A stretch of 64,000 nucleotides of DNA, taken from Lama guanicoe. Lineage: Eukaryota. The stretch is taken from positions 4,041,757 to 4,105,756 of the forward strand of contig MU054187.1 of NCBI GenBank assembly GCA_013239625.1, written 5' to 3'. A program made the position numbers and the translations under genes. How positions within the stretch are numbered: position 1 is the first letter of the stretch; each line of letters starts with the position of its first letter. The notes under the pieces were generated by a model. The model saw nothing but the letters and a program-made list of their open reading frames with translations. It ran no database searches and had not been told where the DNA came from. Below are positions 61,742-64,000 of the stretch, piece by piece.

Positions 61742-62337
61742 CTGCACCAAAGACAGTTGACAGTTAAAAAATTTTAAAGAAAATATCACTGCCTAAAAAA
61801 ACACAAACGAGAAAAACAATTCAGACAAAATCACATAAGCTGAAAGTAGATAAATTAATATTTTTATTTTAAGGAATTTCATTGCAAAATGAAAATACAT
61901 TATAAAAGAAACTCCAGCTACATCAACTTCCGGTGCTTTCCAATTTAATATTCAAGCTTGGCATGTTTTGTAAGCAAGACAGAGAATCCAAATATAGAGA
62001 AATATAGAGAAACTGAACATCAAAGAAATAAGCTATTTAAAGTTTAATGATATTTAGGAAAAATAACAGATCTAAAAGTGTGAAAACAGACTGACTATAT
62101 TTTGGAACACTGAACCAAATACAAATAACTATGAGAGTTAGAAAGAGAAAAGTGACAATGGACTTGGACTTAAATAATATGCCTTAAAAACAATATGACT
62201 TAAATGATAAACATGTCGATTCTCCCATCTGTAACTACAGATTTAAAGTAACTCCAATCAAAATCCCTACAGGATTTTTTTTTTCCTAATCCCTTCTTGG
62301 AAACAGAGCAAGTCATTTTGGAGAAAGGGGAAAAATT

Positions 62338-62385
62338 TATCTATCTATCTATCCATCTATCCATCCATCCAACTGTCTATCTATC
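62338..62385. repeat. (TCTA)/(TCCA) compound microsatellite
   Basis: tatctatctatctatccatctatccatccatcc...tctatctatc. Confidence 0.85.
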
Positions 62386-62599
62386 AGTCATAGCAGGGTG
62401 ACTTTCCTTACCAGAAATCAAGACTTATTTTGATGCTAGAACAATTAAGGCTGTGGCACTGGTGGCATATTCTGGCCTTCTCCCTCAGCTTCACTGAAGT
62501 ATAACTGACAAAGCTGTACTTAAAATGCACATTCTAAACCATTTGGGTAATGAGATATAACAAACAAAACAGACCAATTATTGCCTTTATGAAGCTTCC

Positions 62600-63155
62600 C
62601 TTCCCAATCCAGCAACCTGCCATCTTCCTAAATCAGATCATGTCACCCTATGCTTAAAACCTTCCAATGGTTTCTCATTACATAGAAATGAAACCCAGAC
62701 TCCTTACCACCATCTACAAGGTAAGTCCTAGATGATCTGGTTCCAGTTCTTTCTCTATTTTCGCCCTTATTTACTCCATTCCAGACTTACCTGTATTCTT
62801 CTTATCCCTTGGCCTCAGGGCCTCTGTACCTGTACTCTTCTGCTCACACACTCCCCAAATCTCAGCATGACGGTCTGTCTCCCTCTTATCATCCAGTTCT
62901 CAGCCCCTGTGACAGTGCCTTGGAGAGGCCCCGCCCCCATCACTTTTCTCACAAGGTCTTACTTACTCTTCTTCAAAACCCTTATTAGCATCTGAAATCA
63001 ACATATTTGTTTACACGTTTACTATCTATCCTGACCCACTAGAACATAAGTTCTGTGAGTTCAAGGGCGGTGTCCCTCACTACTATAGTTCTATCCCCAC
63101 TGCCCAAACCAGTGCCTGGCACAGTGGGTGCTAAATAAGTGCTTCCTGACTGAAA
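62600..63155 (+). mobile_element. L2 LINE 3' end (BPNT2 intron 1)
   Basis: aaatcagatcatgtcaccctatgcttaaaaccttccaatgg...cactagaacataagttctgtgag...cagtgcctggcacagtgggtgctaaataa. Confidence 0.8.
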
Positions 63156-63814
63156 ACATGATTCTTCATCAGTGGAGTTTCATTTCTTCCTTGTGATACT
63201 TCCCACTCAATCTACTAGCACAACTACTGCCTATCTGACTCAGTCCTCACCAGGAACTTGAAGAGTAAGAAATCAAAACCCTAAAATACAATTAATCCTA
63301 TCTGTAACAGTTCAGTTACTTTGGGGTCGAATAGGCTTTGGTTAATGCCGCAAGAAGATCTTCTTTACTGCTTTTCTCCATAAATCGTTACATCCCAGTA
63401 AGTTTTTTGATATAATGCCTCGCACCGTGCCTTCAGCAGGCATTCAAGAACTGTTTTCTAAATGGATACACACTGCTCTCTGCTGTCTTCTCCCTACGCT
63501 TTCAAAGTCAAGTACTACCTGTCCAATACACCCCTACAAGTAATTAAACACGCTCGAGCGGCTCACAGACACTAACACAAACATATGAAACAAACATCCA
63601 CAGAACCTTCTCTTAGTCCCACACAACACTCTAGCCAAGCTCCTCAGAAGCACAATTTCTTGAAAGACTTGTCTTGATCCAATGTTTCTATTTCTTTACC
63701 TCCTGTCTTTTTTCAATTTTCAATTTTGTTTCCTTCCCATCAAGCCGCCAAGCAAACCCTCACAGTTTACCAATGACCTGCATACAGAACCATGATTTAG
63801 AGTGTGTATCCATC

Positions 63815-63970
63815 ACCAGAGTGCCTGGGTTAAATTCCAGCTCCTCCTCTTTCTGGGTATGTGACTCACCTAGGCTAGTCACTTGATCTTTCTGAGCTGC
63901 AGTTACCTTATTGCTAAAAGTAGGTGACAAATGTATCTTTTTATAGGGTTCTCTGGGTCAATCAATGAAA
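63815..63970 (+). mobile_element. MIR SINE
   Basis: gcctgggttaaattccagctcc...tgtgact...agtcacttgatctttctgagctgcagttacctta. Confidence 0.65.
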
Positions 63971-64000
63971 CAGAAGAGGCAAGACAAACCGTACAGTGCT

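Noticed and set aside
1..64000. A novel multi-gene or prokaryote-style system
   Set aside because: No operon-like ORF clusters, horizontally acquired segment or unexplained long coding region. The content is explained by one known gene, repeats and non-coding DNA.

Overview
Mammalian genomic DNA, most likely a camelid (camel/alpaca/llama), inferred from two Vic-1-type tRNA-derived SINEs and camelid-style L1 3' ends. The only protein-coding gene I can support is BPNT2 (IMPAD1/gPAPP, Golgi-resident PAP 3'-phosphatase, inositol monophosphatase family) on the minus strand. Coding exons 2-5 lie at 61579-61741, 60429-60524, 54554-54715 and 53433-53704; all splice sites are GT-AG and the frame is intact. 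Exon 1 lies beyond the right edge of the window. A long 3' UTR with several AATAAA signals probably runs to about 47855. The left ~47 kb is intergenic: L1, L2, MIR, CR1/L3, MaLR and ERV LTRs, hAT-type DNA elements, microsatellites, one short orphan CpG island (~7.1-7.35 kb) and several candidate CTCF/enhancer elements. I found no evidence of a new multi-gene system. The most unusual structure is a perfect 54-bp-arm inverted duplication at 17236-17396 with a stuttered spacer. Repeat families were assigned by eye from remembered consensus sequences, and their boundaries are approximate unless TSDs or termini are quoted. Comparisons with human BPNT2 are from memory.
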